Positions 31,844 to 33,577 of a stretch of DNA of 33,577 nt are shown here, piece by piece. The DNA is from Octopus sinensis (taxonomy: Eukaryota), in contig NW_021831968.1 in assembly GCF_006345805.1 (NCBI RefSeq), positions 1 to 33,577 on the forward strand. Direction: 5' to 3'. The notes beneath the pieces were generated by a model. That model saw nothing but the letters and a program-made list of their open reading frames with translations, was not told the DNA's origin and made no database searches. A program made the translations under genes and the position numbers. Within the stretch, counting starts at the first letter, position 1; each line of letters starts with the position of its first letter.

Positions 31844-32045
31844 GACTGCGGTCATGCTGGAGCACCGCCTTGAAGGGTTTGAGTAATGCAAAACGACCGC
31901 AGGACTTACGTTTTTAAAGCCTAGTATTTAATCCATCATTCCCTTTTGCTGATCTGCTAAGTTACGGGGACATAAACGCACCAACACCGATTGTCTAGCG
32001 TTGCAAGTGCGGGGTACAAACAAAGACACAAAAACACGCACGCAC
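31844..32045 (-). mobile_element. SINE A 3' half fused to the SINE B fragment
   Basis: ACTGCGGTCATGCTGGAGCACCGCCTTGAAGGG...GCTAAGTTACGGGGACATAAAC...CCGATTGTC. Confidence 0.75.
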
Positions 32046-32058
32046 ATTGATATATACA

Positions 32059-32610
32059 TTTTTTTCTAGTTTCAGCTCAGAGCTGCGGCCATGCTGATGC
32101 ACCGCCGTTTTGTGCTACACTGTTATTACGACGAACCTCGTCTAATATGTGGCACTTGGTGAAGAATGGAGTTTGATACAGCTACTCTCATTTGCACCTC
32201 TTGCCGTGAGGTAGGTTCATCTTGGACTCTCGACAGGAAGATGTCCAGCTTTGATTTAAAAACTGCTACATCTACTTTTGCAAGTTCCTCAGACTCTTTG
32301 GGAGAATATTAAAAAGCTGTGGGCCTTGAAACCAAGCTTTGTTGCAGAAGCTGGTCCTGAAGCGTGATGGCATTGCTGGGATCTTTGGCACTATTCAGTG
32401 TCGTCCCGTTCTAGTATTGGTGTAGCTTACAATGCCAAAATTTGGCACAATTCTTTCCAGGATCTTCCAGACATATATCACTGCATACCTCCCCCGTCTT
32501 CTCTCCAGGGAGTAGATTCTTAGCTGTTTCAATCTTTCCCAGTAGCTGAGCTGTTACAGAGACGATCTTCTTTGTGAATCTTCTCTGGATTGCTTCAAGG
32601 TCCGCTGTTA
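32059..32610 (-). mobile_element. 5'-truncated CR1-group LINE (ORF2 C-terminus, 3' UTR, A tail)
   Basis: Minus strand DLEAIQRRFTKKI, LSYWERLKQLRIYSLERRR, GPQLFNILPKSLRN, FKSKLDIFLSRVQDEP; stop at 32126-28; frameshifts and an internal stop. Confidence 0.9.
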
Positions 32611-32922
32611 ATTTTACACTATATTTTATATTATAAAAAGAATAAGGGGGGAAATTTATTAAATAATTGACAAGTTTACCAAGTAGTTCGGCATGTTAAA
32701 AGAACCATTATCGGTAAACTTAAACAAAAAATTTTTATAATTATGAGTATAATTTTAGTTAGGGTTCAGCAAAAAGTTTGCTTCACCACATACCGAAATT
32801 TAGAAATAGCAGCCAAAACTAGTTATTTCTCTACCATGAGAAAATCTCCTAGACAACAATACTCAACAACCCACGTATATATACGTGTTTGTGCGTTTAT
32901 GTGAGTGTCATTATTAGTATTG

Positions 32923-33133
32923 ATTTCAAATATTAATACAAGACCAGTAATTCCGACGGAAGGGTTAAGTCGATTACATCGACCCCAGTATTCAACTGGT
33001 ATTCATTTTATCGACGTCGAAAGGATGAAGGCAAAGTTGACCTTGGCGGAATTTGAACTCGGAACGTAAAGACCGACGAGATGCCGCTAAACATTTCGTC
33101 TGGTGTGCTAACGATTCTGCCAGCTCGCCGCCC
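32923..33133 (-). mobile_element. SINE type B2
   Basis: AAGTCGATTACATCGACCCCAG...GGCAAAGTTGACCTTGGCGGAATTTGAACTC...GATTCTGCCAGCTCGCCGCC with the B2-type tail. Confidence 0.85.
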
Positions 33134-33577
33134 TGAATCTACACATATAAAGCTGAAGTTGTGTGCGTGCGCGTGTGTGTGTGTGTGTGTGTATGTGTGT
33201 GTGTGTGTTGTGTGTGCGCGTGCGTGTGTAACTAAATTTGAAGTTAAACAGTAACCGCGCGCAACGAGGCGTGCCAATGCGCCGATTCTACTCTTCCTCC
33301 TTTTCTGTACCTTTGTGGTATTGTCTTCAATAACAAAGGAAAATGCTAGGTTTTTAATGATGAAAACTACCAAGCCGTCGAATTTCGGATTCAAATAAAT
33401 CTATCATGTTTAAACATTTATTGTTTACACCTCAAGAATTAATAATATTTCGAATTTCTATTGAATGCTACTGGAATTTTAACCCGTTTTTAATGTTAAT
33501 TTCAATATTGACGTCTGATATATATTGTTGAACTTGTTTCAACAATTGTATCAATGAACAGCGAAGATTTCACAGAG

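Overview
Eukaryotic, AT-rich, apparently intergenic or intronic DNA. The SINE families and extreme microsatellite load suggest an octopus genome (inference, not searched). No host protein-coding exon, rRNA, genuine tRNA or CRISPR array is supported, and nearly all listed ORFs are translations of simple repeats. The window is a mosaic of at least four tRNA-headed SINE types (working labels A, B, B2, C), decayed non-LTR retrotransposons (RTE x2, R4/Dong-like x3-4, CR1-like, L1/Tx1-like, a CCHC-bearing LINE nested in an RT), two non-autonomous Helitrons, a DINE-1/Helentron-like element, a rearranged mariner, a probable solo LTR and a MITE-like element. The ORF track misses the most notable content: about nine type I hammerhead-ribozyme-like motifs from several sequence families. 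They include a 456-bp near-perfect palindrome with a hammerhead in each arm (7239-7694) and a 651-bp direct-repeat-bounded retrozyme/Penelope pLTR-like unit (14784-15434). Two SINE/LINE 3'-tail partnerships (SINE A with CR1-like, SINE B with L1/Tx1-like) are visible within the window. All alignments and folds were done by eye; element boundaries are approximate unless termini are quoted.
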